Assembly (NCBI GenBank): GCA_002633005.1
Contig: NMRA01000097.1
Span: 446,686 to 510,685, forward strand
Direction: 5' to 3'
Length of the DNA: 64,000 nt
From: Phoronis australis
Taxonomy: Eukaryota; Animalia; Phoronida
Shown: one piece after another, positions 25,639 to 38,895 of the stretch
How positions within the stretch are numbered: the first letter of the stretch is position 1
How the letters are laid out: each line of letters opens with the position of its first letter
Program-made: the position numbers and the translations under genes
Notes under the pieces: generated by a model
Told to the model about the DNA's origin: nothing
Database searches by the model: none
Seen by the model: the letters and a program-made list of their open reading frames with translations, nothing else

Positions 25639-25794
25639 CAGGGGCGGATCCAGGATTTTTAGTTAGGGGGGCCAAGCCAGTGTATTAGCCAGGATTTTGC
25701 CCGTGAGACATTCGCCCTCCCGAACTGCCAATTGGAATCTGGGAGAATTTTAGGGGGGCTATGGCACCCTTGGCCCCCTCTAAATCCGCCACTG
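25639..25794. mobile_element. MITE with 5-bp TSD (CTGGC)
   Basis: TIR CAGGGGCGGAT / ATCCGCCACTG; TSD at 25634-25638 and 25795-25799; inverted homologue of 11398-11557. Confidence 0.9.
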
Positions 25795-26601
25795 CTGGCG
25801 ATGAGTCAGGTCCGACGTCAGTAGCCGAGCGTTGGCTACGACAGACTGCGACTGGAACTTCACAAACTTGTGATTATGCATTAAATGCCATTCGTCATAA
25901 GCAGAGAACAGGTAAAATTTGGACAAAAATAATCTACTTTGTATAAAAAGAACCAACAAGGGAAGCAAAGTAACAACGCATTAACGCTCACCTTGATGTC
26001 AATAGGTGTTCAAAGACAAAGTGACCGTCATACAGGAATCGTTCCTGAACTGACAAACAGGAACTCAGGTCATGGAAATAAACGGGAATTGCCGATGATT
26101 TCCGATCCATGCCAATGTACAAAATTGTGCTAAAAAGGCTTTTAGTTAGATAACAGAAATGATATGAACGTGATGCCATGTTGCAGATTACTTAATTTGG
26201 TATGTATTTCTAAGTTGTTGAACTAGATTGCCCTTTGAGATCAAGGATTTATCTGCAGTGTAACTGCACGGCAATTGGAGGAAAAACAGTCCCACTGAGA
26301 ACGATAAGATTTATTCCTTGACATATGGAGTACGAGTATTTAGATAGTTCCTGATTTTATCATCAGGACGGGTTGAGAATCGGGTTTAAAAATTTGACAG
26401 AGGAAGAGCAGCACATTGTGTCTTTCAGCAATTGAATTTTCCAATGATCTGCGCTAAGCATTGACAATTTACAAGTGGCTGTTGTAAACTTAGAGAAATT
26501 GCAATGCAAAGCAGTAAACGCTGTTATCCATTTCGATCTATTTTCAACAAGGACACACCGCGTCACAGGGTTACGGTGCAATAAGGACAACTGGCACTCA
26601 C

Positions 26602-26757
26602 CGAAAGATCGTCTCAGATCATTTTCTTCTACAGTCATGGACACACCATTGCCACTCCAGCCTGTCTTTGCGTCTGCCACAATGATGCCGCTGCATTCCC
26701 CCACATGAAATTTTACTATGACGTCGCCAGATGTTCGTAAATTGCAGATTCCACCAA
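26602..26757 (-). CDS. Main gene, exon 5: C-terminal exon of first CTHRC1-type domain
   Basis: ttttcAG...GTGAGT, phase 1-1, 156 nt, VGGICNLRTSGDVIVKFHVGECSGIIVADAKTGWSGNGVSMTVEENDLRRSF. Confidence 0.92.
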
Positions 26758-26907
26758 CTGAAAAGTGAATAAAGATACATACAGTAGGTACTATATTGGA
26801 CAAGGATGAATGGGTGGCCACTTTTGTCTTACCAATCACATTTCTCTGCAGGAGCCGAGAACAATCACTTCAATACCCACTATCACTGTTGCCAACATAA
26901 GACTCAC

Positions 26908-27106
26908 CTTGGGCGGGGCGATAATCGTCTCTACTTTTGAGTTTGAACCACACTATCTCAATTTTCCCAGGTGAGGAGCATTCTTCATTATTGAAAGTGA
27001 AGTACCAGCGATTACAACACTTGGTGCAATTGTACGCGCTGCTAACAGTACCCCAGAAACGCACCCTCAGTGAAGTGAAAGAATATTGCTTCTTGAAAGT
27101 TGTTGC
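26908..27106 (-). CDS. Main gene, exon 4: middle exon of first CTHRC1-type domain
   Basis: tttttcAG...GTGAGT, phase 0-1, 199 nt, ATTFKKQYSFTSLRVRFWGTVSSAYNCTKCCNRWYFTFNNEECSSPGKIEIVWFKLKSRDDYRPAQ. Confidence 0.94.
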
Positions 27107-27559
27107 CTGAAAAATAGAGCCAGTAGGTGTCCTAAAATGGTCCAATAACGGTGCGCTCAGTCACTCTAGTTTAGTAAAACGACGGGAATATTCGACTATA
27201 CTTGGACAAAGAGTGCCGCTACAAAATTAGTTTGCTCAGCCCCGTAAAAAACAACCACTTGTCGGAAGCTTCCGTGTCATGGATGATAGGCTTTTTTCTC
27301 CTGGAAAGATCGCTCTTTTAATTTTTCTATGTAGAATATGGGCATAATTTCGGAGCACAAAACCGATAAAAATACCACATATTTTAGACTAGAATCTGTT
27401 TGCACGGGTAGTCAAAACTCTGCAGGAGTTGTTCCATACTCTTTGCGAAAATGTCAACTACTTATCGCCAAGTTAAGTCATGATATGCAAATTAGCATTT
27501 AGGCAAAATAACACCACATTACAGCGCCAAAAGTACTACAAAAAACGCTATTTTTGCGC

Positions 27560-30500
27560 AAATTATAGGCTAACTGAACGGCCAAACAATTCTGACAAGA
27601 AGAGTATCCTGTTGTAAAAATGTCTAAAACTACAGGTACAACTGTATCTTTCCAAAAATCTTCACGAAATTTGTGTAGTTGGACTTTTACCACAGTTGCA
27701 TTCTTTTGTGAGGAAAGTACTTTAGGCATCAGTGCATATATGCCACCCTGCTGTCCAGCACGTCCAGGACCTCTTCCACCGAAGTACCAACCCCTGACTT
27801 CACTGGACAGGAGTTACGTCAAACGCTTTACAATTTTGCAACGGCAATGGAGAACACGCTGCCAGGACGACATTACAATGGTGTTCCGTACTGCTAATAA
27901 ACAGTTTTGAATATTAAGTACTAGTCCACGAGAGCACCAGCCATGAGCGGTAAGGTGGGGGTCAGCCGATTTTCACCAAATTTGGCACATATGTAGTCCT
28001 ATGGGATCTATAAACAGCGGTAAAATATTTCCTCAAAATATTGCGTTTTTCTAAAGTTATAGGCTCAAACACATTTTATGGCTTCGCAGCCATGTTTTCA
28101 CGGTATAAAACTGTCCAGATTTAACTGTTCATCTTTTTCCTTGAATGAAAGCTATTGATTTATTATTCACTTGGCATTGTTTAGTGGTGCCTGTAGATTG
28201 TTACACAGATGTCTTGAAACACGATTCCGATTTACCGCCTTCATTTAGTAGTTTTACTACACTGCCCCCCGTTATGCCATTTTGAGGTTGTGTTCGGTAC
28301 ACTGCTGTACCAAATCTGCCCCCACTGTTATGAGAATGAAACTTAGCCAAAATGTTGACAAAACATGTTACTTTCATTTCATAAAATAAAAACTTTGTCA
28401 GCCAGTTTATTAGTTATATATTTTGGCACCTCAAATGTACTAAAATGAGAAATTTTCATATATCTGAGATCGATGCGTGAGCACCGTAAAATCCGATTGT
28501 CCTTCATGTTTTTCGATATTTTGCAACAAGTTAGTTCCTCCTGAATGTTTTGAACGTTTTACTACTGATCACTTAGGGCTATAGTACCCCTAAATACCAT
28601 ACATGGCTCCCTTTTGTAAAAAGCCGATTATGTCCTCCACAGTGAACAGGGTTAGACATGAACTCGACAAATGTAGGTTATTTTGATTTACAGTTGTTTT
28701 ACTTTGCAATTTCCTCATGGGTATTTCTTCACACATATTCAAGTCAGATTTTCTGTTGATCAAATGTTCATGCAATGCATTGTAATATCAAATGAAGGAT
28801 AAGTTTGGTTGCATGACCGCAATTTTTCCCACGACTTAAAACAAAAGACCGCAGAAATTTTCCTGACGAAATACCGGGTTTGCAGTTCTGTAAAAACATT
28901 CGAATGACAAGACAAACTCCACCACTGTCCATGGCAACTCGTCGCATGTTTTTCGCCCATCGGTCCTATCATTGTTTTCCTTTGTTGTGTCATTGTTGGA
29001 TGTAACAACACAGGTCGCATGGATATAGAACCTTGCGTACATCAGACCGTTGCCGATAAGTGCTCGTCATTATATCTTTATTATAACAACGGAAACAATG
29101 AAGATGCTAATCTATTGTTCTCTATGCGACCAGGTTTCCCGTGGATGACCACAGAAGAGGAATCCCAAAGTATCCACAAACAATGACCACGCACCTTAGT
29201 AACTATTACCGCGCACACGAATCCTTTCCGTGGAACCTAAACACCAAATTTTTATATCCGTGTATTGTGTTGTATTGCTCATGGTACGGGTTCAGACTCT
29301 GTTGTATTAAGATTCCAATCCCCAACCCTGTAATATGTAGTTTGAGTAAAATTTCTAGACAATGCAGGTTTATGGATTTATTCTCCTTCAAATGAAGAGT
29401 AAAAATCAAATTCTGCACAGGTTTTTTAAAAGTAATCACTTATTGGAAGATCACACATCTAAAAAATAAAACAATGTTTGACAATTTTATTCATTATCTT
29501 ATTTGAAAATTGCCTACCTCACAGAAAACTCATCTAAGTTGAAAATATTCGTTGTGAAAAAATATAAAATACCAACCAGAGACTTGTGTACTACAAAATA
29601 TGTTTTCGTAATACAATGCAAAGATAACTGTACAGTCAAAAGTGCAAATGTTATCACTCTAATAAAAAGTTGCCTTCTAGATCTTTTCAACACTCTAATT
29701 GCTACAGGACAGAGTCAACCACACAAAGCTCATAAAGTCAGGGAATTACATTTAAGGTGATGTAGTCTCACTGCGAAAAAGTGATTTCGCAATATCGCTG
29801 ACAACACTGGAAATCTCTTCTTCACAAACTTGAGGTAGCTGTATTTACCACATCAATGTTCTTATCAAAACTAACCACCACAAAATGAAAAATTGGCTTG
29901 TCGGTTCCAATTAGGCAGCATTTTACAATGAAATGGTCATGAAAAAATACTTTTGCAACATGGTTTGCATTACAATTGCCCTACGATTACAGTTGTACAT
30001 ACATACTAGACCAGTAACAAAATTACCCATGGGAACCATAAAATGGTCAATTCGCCAAAAAAACAAGGAGCCACCAGAGCTAATGTGCCAATACTTTTCA
30101 GTACTGCAACAAAAAATCATTTGAAGTGGACATAAACTCGCCTAAAATCACATAAAACAACTTTTGATTTAGACATTTTACCATCACGAAATAGGTATTA
30201 CTTCCAGGTCACTTTTGAGCAATTTCAGAACTTTGAAAGATCTGGCAATATGCAATTGCTAAAGACCAGACTAATAGTGTGCGATTTTATACACACAGCA
30301 TGGTCTCAAGGAATAGCAAACTGTCAATTCGCTACAATTCCAGAAATCACTTCCCATCTGGATAAGGAACAAACTGAGCAAAGTTTATAGAGGTAAATGG
30401 TCTAAATCAAAACTTATTACCTCCTGGACAGAATATGGGTTTACAACCCAGGCAGAAAGATAAGTTAACAAAACCAGCCTAACTGCAACAGGGTCTCAAA

Positions 30501-33110
30501 TTTCAGTAATATATACCCATTTACAAACAAAAATCTATAATGGTAAATAAAATGCGGAAACATAAATTCAGATCAATTACGCATCTTCAAGGAAAAGGAA
30601 TAGTACAGTGGTCAGAAATCATCTAAATGTGATGGCGACACTGAGAAATCCTGTCAGACCAAAAAATCCAGTGGCTAAACAAAATGAACAATGTATCATT
30701 ACCATGTGGCCCAGGATCATAATCCGTGCCTGGACAAAAATTCAGTCTTAGACTAGGTAAATTTTAGATTTGTGCTGTTCACACAAGCAGTTCTGGTGCA
30801 AACAAAGCTTGCGACAACACACAAGCCTACTTCCCTACACAGCTGTGCTGATACAATAATGCCCCCACTGGATTTAGCAGATCAGCCAGAGTATTTACAG
30901 GTCCAGCCACTGTACTGTTTCCTCCCTTTGAATTTTTACAATGCTACATCCTTGACAATCGCAGATTGCCTCTTTCTATGCATACTCCACTTCCTCTGTC
31001 CCAGTTTCCCCACATTTGCTGAAAGTGGCCTATCTCAACAAATTACTTTGGACCTGTTGTGGTATAAGCCAGTAATCTTTGGCAAATACTTTTTCCCCAA
31101 CTCGTTCCTCAAGCTACAAATTCTCTTTGACATATCTTCTGGGAGTAGACTTTTCGGCCTCTCTCTAGCCCCCTCACTTAGTTGTCCAGAAGGGTACCTT
31201 CTTGCTGGTTGTGAACTTTTCCATACCCAACCTTTACTAATAATCGGCAAGTCTCCAACTTCAGCAGAAGCCACTTCTTCAGCATAAGCCTTTCCTGATT
31301 CCTAAAATTGTATTAATGAAAAATTAAACATATTAAATTTAATGTGGCCATTTTGGCTCACAAAATATGAATACCAAGCTAAAGTGAAGGCACCAATATT
31401 TTTGACGGCTTTAGCATGTTTAATTAACTTCATAATTGCAGAAAATCATTGGTAGACAAAACATACTCCCTAGTCTCTAAAAGTAGTTCATGGGCAGAAG
31501 TCATGTTACACATTTGGTGGTTGTTATGAAAAGTTATGATGACTACCTATTTTCTATGCCAATGTATACATGTAGTTGCATAAACATCAACACATTTGAA
31601 TAAGATATGATTAAGCAATAAGGCCCAAGTTATAAGCAATCACGGTGTGTCAATAAAAGTATTTTTGCATGAATGACGTGCTTCTAAAAATATTCCTCAG
31701 GGTCAGACCCTGGAGTTTAGTGATTCCTACCTGAGCTCACACGAAGCAGGACGTTGAACCTTGACTTAACGTCTTTGGTCATTTTTCAGACCTCTATCAG
31801 GCTCTATCAGATTTCTCCTCTAGTGTGCAGTGGATGTTCTCAGTGTCTTTGGCGACAGCAATATATCTCGAGTGTTGTAACGATGATTCGGGCAAGTGAA
31901 TCTAATACGGTAGATTATGTAGCTCCTGCTGCACACCTGCCTCCGAGGCAGACACTGAGACAGACTACTTCTCAGGAGGACACGTTCCACCTCCACATCA
32001 GCTCCACGTACTCTTATAAGGTGCTCAAATGTCTCGCTCTATACCTTGTGCATTTCCCAAGAGTTTCCAAAGTTGTTTCTCTCCGCAATTTGTAGAAATA
32101 CCACATTCGATGCGACTGGCAGTGCCAGATAAATAGATAAATTCGCAAACCCGCACTTTAGGTCAGCCATCATTCAACTAACGCATTGTAAGCTTTAGTT
32201 TGGTATTCAGACGAGTTGGATGAACAAATTTAGTATAATTTCATATTTTAGTGGGAAATGCTAGTGTCTTTAAAATTAATTAAAAACATTTAAGCAAACC
32301 AATTCTTTTAATTGTTGTATTATACCACGGCATATTAATGCGTAGAAACGGCGCACAACTAGTGACTGGTTTAACATGACAAATACACATACGCGGTCTG
32401 AAAATAGTGAAATTCAGACACCTATTACCAAGCCTGCCTGAAGGGCTGACAAAGTTTTTATTGTATTAATTTCAAGGGCATGGAGTCTTCTACATGTCCA
32501 TGTTATTATTTTTAGTTTTCTCGCGGGGGCAGCTTCGCTATAAGGGTACAACTTACTGCTGGTTTTTCACAAGAAGGAAATGTACCTCCACGGAAACAGT
32601 TCCAGTGTTACCATGGTAACAGATATTGCAGTGTCGGTGCCGTTTTTACTGACATTGGTCATGAACCTATCATGTGATATCAAAATTGTTCAGAAACGAT
32701 TCTGTTTGAAGCAGAAACTGGAGTAGAAAATTTGGTCAAAAATGACTCATTCCACACCAAGAAATTGCCTCATTTTGCCCCCAAGAACACTTCCCTTGTA
32801 TCTCCTAAACCACCAAACTTTGTGGTGTCATACTTCACCCATTTTCTCTCATCCCTAATGTGATTTATCAGACTAAACATGGATCTGAATGGTTGACCCC
32901 CCACCTTGCCGCTTGTTGGCTGTACGGTGGTCGGTGGATCCGTGGACTGATACTTAACCTGTGCAACCCCTTTCACTGGCAGCCAGATTTCGCAGTTTTA
33001 GTAAGGTGTGTGCCGATTAGTCTCGAGCTCTCGATACAAGATCACGTGATACACTAGCATGTCCTTTCGTCATGCCTCCGCTTGGAAGTAGCCTAGCCCA
33101 TTTTTACATT
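27560..33110 (-). pseudogene. Decayed YqaJ/lambda-exonuclease-like transposon gene, split by the TTAA element (pieces about 27560-27913 and 32958-33110)
   Basis: Frameshifted motifs LFISSTEHH..LAACSP, CPVK, KYF...MQL, FREDFWKDTVVP and RHFYNRIL..SELF resemble eukaryotic YqaJ domains; the two flanks appear contiguous across the TTAA. Confidence 0.5.
27918..32953 (-). mobile_element. TTAA-flanked, internally deleted DNA transposon, tentatively Sola3-like
   Basis: TTAA at 27914-27917 and 32954-32957; TIR GTA(CT/TC)AGTCCACG...AGCGG(T/C)AAGGTGGGGG; further inverted match at 28373-28403 / 32444-32476. N-terminal remnant (ATG 32170; CPNHRY, SRFNVLLRVSSG) and C-terminal remnant (GWVWKSSQPARR, WLIPQQVQS); no DDE core seen. 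The element is well supported; the superfamily label is from memory of motifs. Confidence 0.65.
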
Positions 33111-35425
33111 GTACACGTTCAAAATAAATAGCTATAATCCCGTGATGGATTATATTTTGGCTTACATGGTTGATTGTGCAATTGAGTTTTATACTTGATG
33201 ATCCATGATTTGAAGACATATTGTTCAGTATGAATTAGAAATCTCAAACTTCTCGCTCCTGACTTTCGCTGGAATCTACGGATCGACAACTTGTACTAGT
33301 CACTCATTACGCTCGAGTACAAAATAATGTATGCCCCATATTTTGAATGGAAAACTTTCGATTTCAAGCGAAAGTGATAAAGTCAGTTGGGCCCAGAAAA
33401 GCCGTTTTCAAAGTAAATTATTACACTAAGCATGGAATAGATTGTTGTACAAAGACGAGTGAGCTAACCCACCATACAAGAGATCGAGGTGCATGTCAAA
33501 ATGTGTCAACTTGAAGATAAAACCAACCGATCTCTTGATTGGTCCCCGAGATAAATGTTTGACTTGAAAGCGGCATTTTACCATTGCTTCCAGTCACAAA
33601 ACAAGGTTTGGATTAGAGCAGATGCCGGAAGAAAGTGGTTTATCGGATTCCTTAGAATTGCCTTCAATGCTCGGAAGTTTCCGAGTGTCCGTTATGTTTT
33701 ATGTGTTAAGCAATATCTTTAGCGTTCCTGCCATCAACTCAAATTTGACGAAGAAAAGATAGAGACTAATGTCATGAAGATTAGTGCCTTAAATAAAAAC
33801 TTGTTTTTTTACGGAGAGAACGAAGTTAACACCGCTTCAAAGGAGAATACCAACCAAAGCAGAGTTAGTAGTTCCACTCGGTAACAGCAAGTTCAGTTCT
33901 TTTACCTTACACCTGACGACAGTCGGAGGTGAGGAAATTAGCGAATGACATAACAGGTTCGAACGCAGTCTGTTCAGCAGTTCACAACACGCTTACTGGA
34001 GTCAGATTATCACTTGAATACATCGTTTTATGAAAATAGATAATCAAGCTTTGTTATAAAACCCTCACAAACACATCGATTTCTTAAACAAACGTGTTGC
34101 TTTATTTCGCTGTTACGAATTTACGTAATGTATGAGTTCGGTAGGCCAAGTACGGTCACGGGAGTTTGGAGGTTGTTCGGAGTTAAATTCGAGTTATATT
34201 TCCGTGAAACACAGTCAGGAATACACAGCCGTGTATTGTAAATTTATCCCTGCCATGTTTTTCAGTTCTAAACACACAAAACGCTTTTATCCAGACCAGT
34301 AACCCGGAACTCGATCAGGACCGTAGGCGGCCGGACTGACCACATAACGCACATAAACCACCCAAACTTGGAAACTAAACCTCCTGTCAAGAAATGACAA
34401 TATTAGTGAGCCAGAGAACTAATGATCACGTGATTATGGTGCTAATTAACCGCAAAACTGCAAATCAATTTACTACTCGGGGGGCCGCGAAGTCAGGATC
34501 CACTCTCAGAGAACCGTCAGGTCAAAAAATCTACTGTACTAATGATTCGTATAATGTACATGGTTATCGAAATAAGGATTCCCCTACCATATGACCATAG
34601 CATATAAACTCAAGTTATCGTTTCACAACAGTTTTTTGTCAGCAAGCACGGGATTAGCATGCGCTCATACGACCTTAGGGCTCAGTCAATTAGCTTGGTT
34701 GAATCTGAAGCCGGTAACGCAGTGATTTATTCATCACTGGTGTCTCAAAACATTTGCACTTACAAACACTCCACAAGCATTGCAAAGAGTATCTACATGT
34801 AATCAGACGCTTTATTTTAGTTTTGTATGAGCATTGATTTGGGTGAGAATAATTCATTTTTAAACAGAACACACAATAACAAACGTCAACATGGCAATTT
34901 TCAACCCCGACTTAGATGAGTGCTCATCAGCCTCTTTTTCTTCTCAGGCATGAGGTATTTGGTAAGCCGGCATTCGCCAGTGAAATCATTGTGGACGAAA
35001 TACCGGCCACAGACGCGGAGATGTTTTACGGCATCATACTTGGTATTTACCGCGTACTTTTCATTCGATCTTCACTTCCTCAAGCCACCTCCGAAGTATT
35101 TCGCCAGAGCTTACGAAGAAATCGAAAAAAAACATATACCAGATTTGTTCGCAGCTTCATATGTAGTTCGCAAAAGCGGGAACGATACACCACACCACAT
35201 CGGCATACAATTTGTAGAATAACCACTGATGGCGCTGTGTCGTTTACTCACCTCTTTCACTTATAAATGCGAGACCTCTCGGCGATGTAAGATCGACCGT
35301 ATTGGAGGTGATGTGGACATAGACCGATTAAGGTGTTAAAAATACCAATTGAATCGGGTCTAATTCTCCTTTAAAAATAGTGGCGATGATTAACGCCATG
35401 TCTTGGCAAACATCCAGAGACTTAC

Positions 35426-35520
35426 CAATAAAGTTGCGCTGTCGCTACTGGAATTGTAGTTCTTGTAGTAGTAATGTCTGATGTTAGCGACCGGGACTTC
35501 GTCACATTCTTTATAGGGCG
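35426..35520 (-). CDS. Main gene, exon 3: N-terminal exon of first CTHRC1-type domain
   Basis: acacAG...GTAAGT, phase 1-0, 95 nt, APYKECDEVPVANIRHYYYKNYNSSSDSATLL; phases bridge exons 2 and 4. Confidence 0.82.
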
Positions 35521-37229
35521 CTGTGTTAGGGAAGAAGGCATTTTAATGTCAATGTCCAATATTAGGATGTTTAGTTAATACTAATGAGTTGGGAGTAACA
35601 ACATATTCCTTCATGTATGTACTGTAGGTGTTCATATACAATCGACAACATTGATGCAAGCTTGTCTGTTGGCAATAAAACTATATTAGACAACAAGCAA
35701 CACACGGTGGGCTAACAAATAACTGTTACATATGGTTTACAAGATACAGCGTTTCACGGTCCGTCTCAGGCATGCCTAAAATCATTAACCACGCCACTCT
35801 TTGACTAGTGAATTTGTCTCCTGTGAAGAGGACGGGTCACAGTCTGTGGCGTAGACAATGTCTCCTCCTATTCTTGAAAGGTAAGACGATCGATAGACAA
35901 AACTATGTACATGTATGTTAATTCCACACAGCAGAACACTATTCCGCTTCTTAATATGGGATGTGAAACCTAATGAGCTTGAGTCCAGCTCCTCAGCAGC
36001 AAGGTTAAATGTCATGTGTTTATTTTTTAAATGGCTTGAAACGACATATCTGCTTCATTATTGATTAAGGTGATAAACAGGAGGCTTATTTTTGAAATCA
36101 AGTGATTATTGATAACTTGTACAAGCAAGTTAAAAGCAAAAAAAATTGGTGACACTTAAGATAGTAATTATTATAATTATTAGAGAATGCATGTATATAT
36201 TTTCAATGAAAAAAAAGTCTATTTCCGTTGAAAAAATTGGCAAACTGGCTTAAATATTCATGAACTCAACCCTAGATTGTTTTATCTTTAAAAGAAAATT
36301 CATTTTGAATGTCTTTGTGAATAAATTCGTGGTTAATTATCTAACAACTTTCCGTAGCTGTAAGAAATTGGACACCTTCTTGCTACATTTTCAAAGAACA
36401 ATTTCTGAAATTTTTGCCATCATGTTTAATTTGATTATAACTAAAGGTAATTTGTTGACCAATGTGGTTTATATTTTATTTTGAAGTTCATTGCGACATA
36501 GAGTAAAGTTAATTGGGGTAATTTAAGCATTCCCAGTTGGATAAAATAAAAAATCATGTTCTACTTGTTGTACGACAATAAAGTTAGTTCCGTGCTGCAC
36601 TAGACTTTAAAACCAGGTCCAGGCACAATCAATTGTGTTGAGGAACACATACTGTGAACAAATGTATATATTTTTAAAGTTTTCGTCCGTCTAATTGTTT
36701 GTGTTGGCATACTGCCTAACATCTGAAGCTGACCCTTCCTCATCCAGACAACAATGCCCATGCATGTGACATCAGCTCTGAGACTCACATAATGTTAACT
36801 CCCAGTTCATTGTTCTTCCTGCAGTATTTGGAAGAGATTCAGTAATTTAGGTAAGTACACATTTGATTACCTAAACAGATAAATAAATACTTGATTTAGC
36901 TAATTGGAGACAATACTTTTGGTGGACTTAAGCACATATGACGGCCGTAGTTATTTACATAAAAGCATCATGAGATGTTTATCAAGGCCTAAGAGTCCAA
37001 TTTTCTGACAGCTCCATTGCGATAAATAATACCTTCAAAAAATACCCTTAATTCCGCAGTAACTTATTCCAAAGCCCAAGTTGTTTGAGCAATGCCTTGG
37101 TCCATACTCACCGATTAGTTATTGTCTGACAACCCATTGTTCTAAAACGTTACCCACCATCCTTAAAGCAGTTGAGATAACGTGCATTTTTTGAATAACA
37201 GGCCACATCCACAATTAATAGAGACACTT

Positions 37230-38440
37230 CAAAGACGGCTGTTTACCCGAGCTGGAACCAACGATACGTCAGCATTCGTTATGTCTGGGAGTAAATTGAT
37301 ATTGGTCCTAGGTTATGTCAATATGCTGGTAGAGCTGGTTCCTTTCTTCAAGCTTCGCACTTGACTCAAGCAAGATATGCAAATCAAGTGACAGCTCTGT
37401 CTCTAGCAAAGCTCCAGGAAGAAGCATTTATTATTGCTGGAAATGAAGGTACTGTTTTGAACCAACAGTCCTTCTCTGGCTGGAAAAGTGAAAGCTTATC
37501 GAGAATTTCAAAATTTCATTTTTGTAAAGTTATGTCACATGTCCAGTTGCTGATATTGATGCTCCTTTGTGTTCATCTGAAATGCAACTTGTCGCTGTAC
37601 ATTAATGTGCTTGAGTCTATTGTGCCCTGTCTCTTTGCTCGTGGCATTCAACCTTGTGCAAGATATGTCCCTGTCCACATTCATGACACGACAGCTTTGC
37701 CAGATATCGTACGGCGGCGTCTGAAGAATCACTGGGAGTTTTCAAAGACACGGCACAGATTCTTTTCCAATTGACAAGGCGCGTGAACAAAATATTATGG
37801 CTTAGTCAAAGACAGTGGTGAAGCTATTGGATAATCTGAAAACCCAAACGCTTTACCAAAGTGGATGCCTATTTTGGGCTCGAGCTAGCCAGGTTGTTGA
37901 CTTATTTTGAATGTCAATATGGTTTTGAAGACGTCGGGGAGGAGAGAAGCCACCATGAAGAGTCTATCCTTCCAGAAAAAATTAGAGAACCATCTGAACA
38001 CTTTGTGTAGGGTAATTTTTCAACCGAAAAACCCTGTCCTTGACCAGTGCGATGAATTTATGACGATAGATACGCTGAGACGTATTGATGGCGCTAGAAG
38101 TTTAACATTATCAAAGTGTAGGGTAAGCAGCAGCATGACAACTAGACGTACTTGAAAAATTACAGTCAATAAAGACTCCTACATGTACGTGTATCTAGAA
38201 AAACGAGTGTGTTGTTTTCAAAACAGATAGTGGTAATACAAACAGATTGACTCAGCAACGCCTGAACGATATCAAAAAATACTGCATCTTATTCCTGAGC
38301 CAGAACGACAGTCTCTGCTTACCTTCACCGAAGTCAGAGTTGCTTAACATGTTGGAATTTCAAGACATTCATAAATACGTTGAAGCCAAAGTCTTTTATG
38401 GACCACCTATTGTGCACAGCTTTTCTCCAAAGGAATAAGC
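37230..38440 (+). mobile_element. Decayed Academ-like transposase fragment
   Basis: Broken motifs SFLQASHLTQARYANQVTAL, LYINVLESIVPCLFA...ARYVPVHIHD, IDKAREQN...VKDSGEAIG; family label from motif memory. Confidence 0.65.
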
Positions 38441-38731
38441 GACACCCGGTTAATTCAATGCAAACGTTTATAAATGGCAAATTCTAACCTTCACAACTAC
38501 AACTAAGTTGACATGAGTTTGATGCTTATTAATTTTCAATTTCATAGTAATACTCTTAAGTGGCATATTCATAATTTTGATGTAAGATGTCAACTCAAAT
38601 CATGCGGTGTGGAGGTCCGGATTTCTAATTTGTAATAAACTTGAGTTTCACTGCACGTAACCCTTCATGAATTTACCGTAGTGTGCGACAGACAGGCCTA
38701 CCTTTATAAAAACTAGCAACACAGACAAATG

Positions 38732-38895
38732 CAAGCGCACACCCAGGGGGAAAGTCCGAGAGAAAGAGACAAAAGTCCACCACAATAGCCCGTTTTATAC
38801 TTTAGTTATCACGTTTTTTTGTTAGCAAAAGGTCCACTTTGCCTGAGATTCGAGCCCCCCCCCCCCATATTAGAGGCGGGGTGCGCGCCCGCATG
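38732..38895. mobile_element. MITE, probable 5-bp TSD (AAATG/AAACG)
   Basis: TIR CAAGCGCACACCC / GGGTGCGCGCCCGCATG; relatives at about 39164-39390 and 62003-62281. Confidence 0.55.

Noticed and set aside
27918-32953. ProtoRAG/RAG-like transposon
   Set aside because: No RSS-like CAC termini, no 5-bp TSD and no RAG1 or RAG2 motifs; the target is TTAA.
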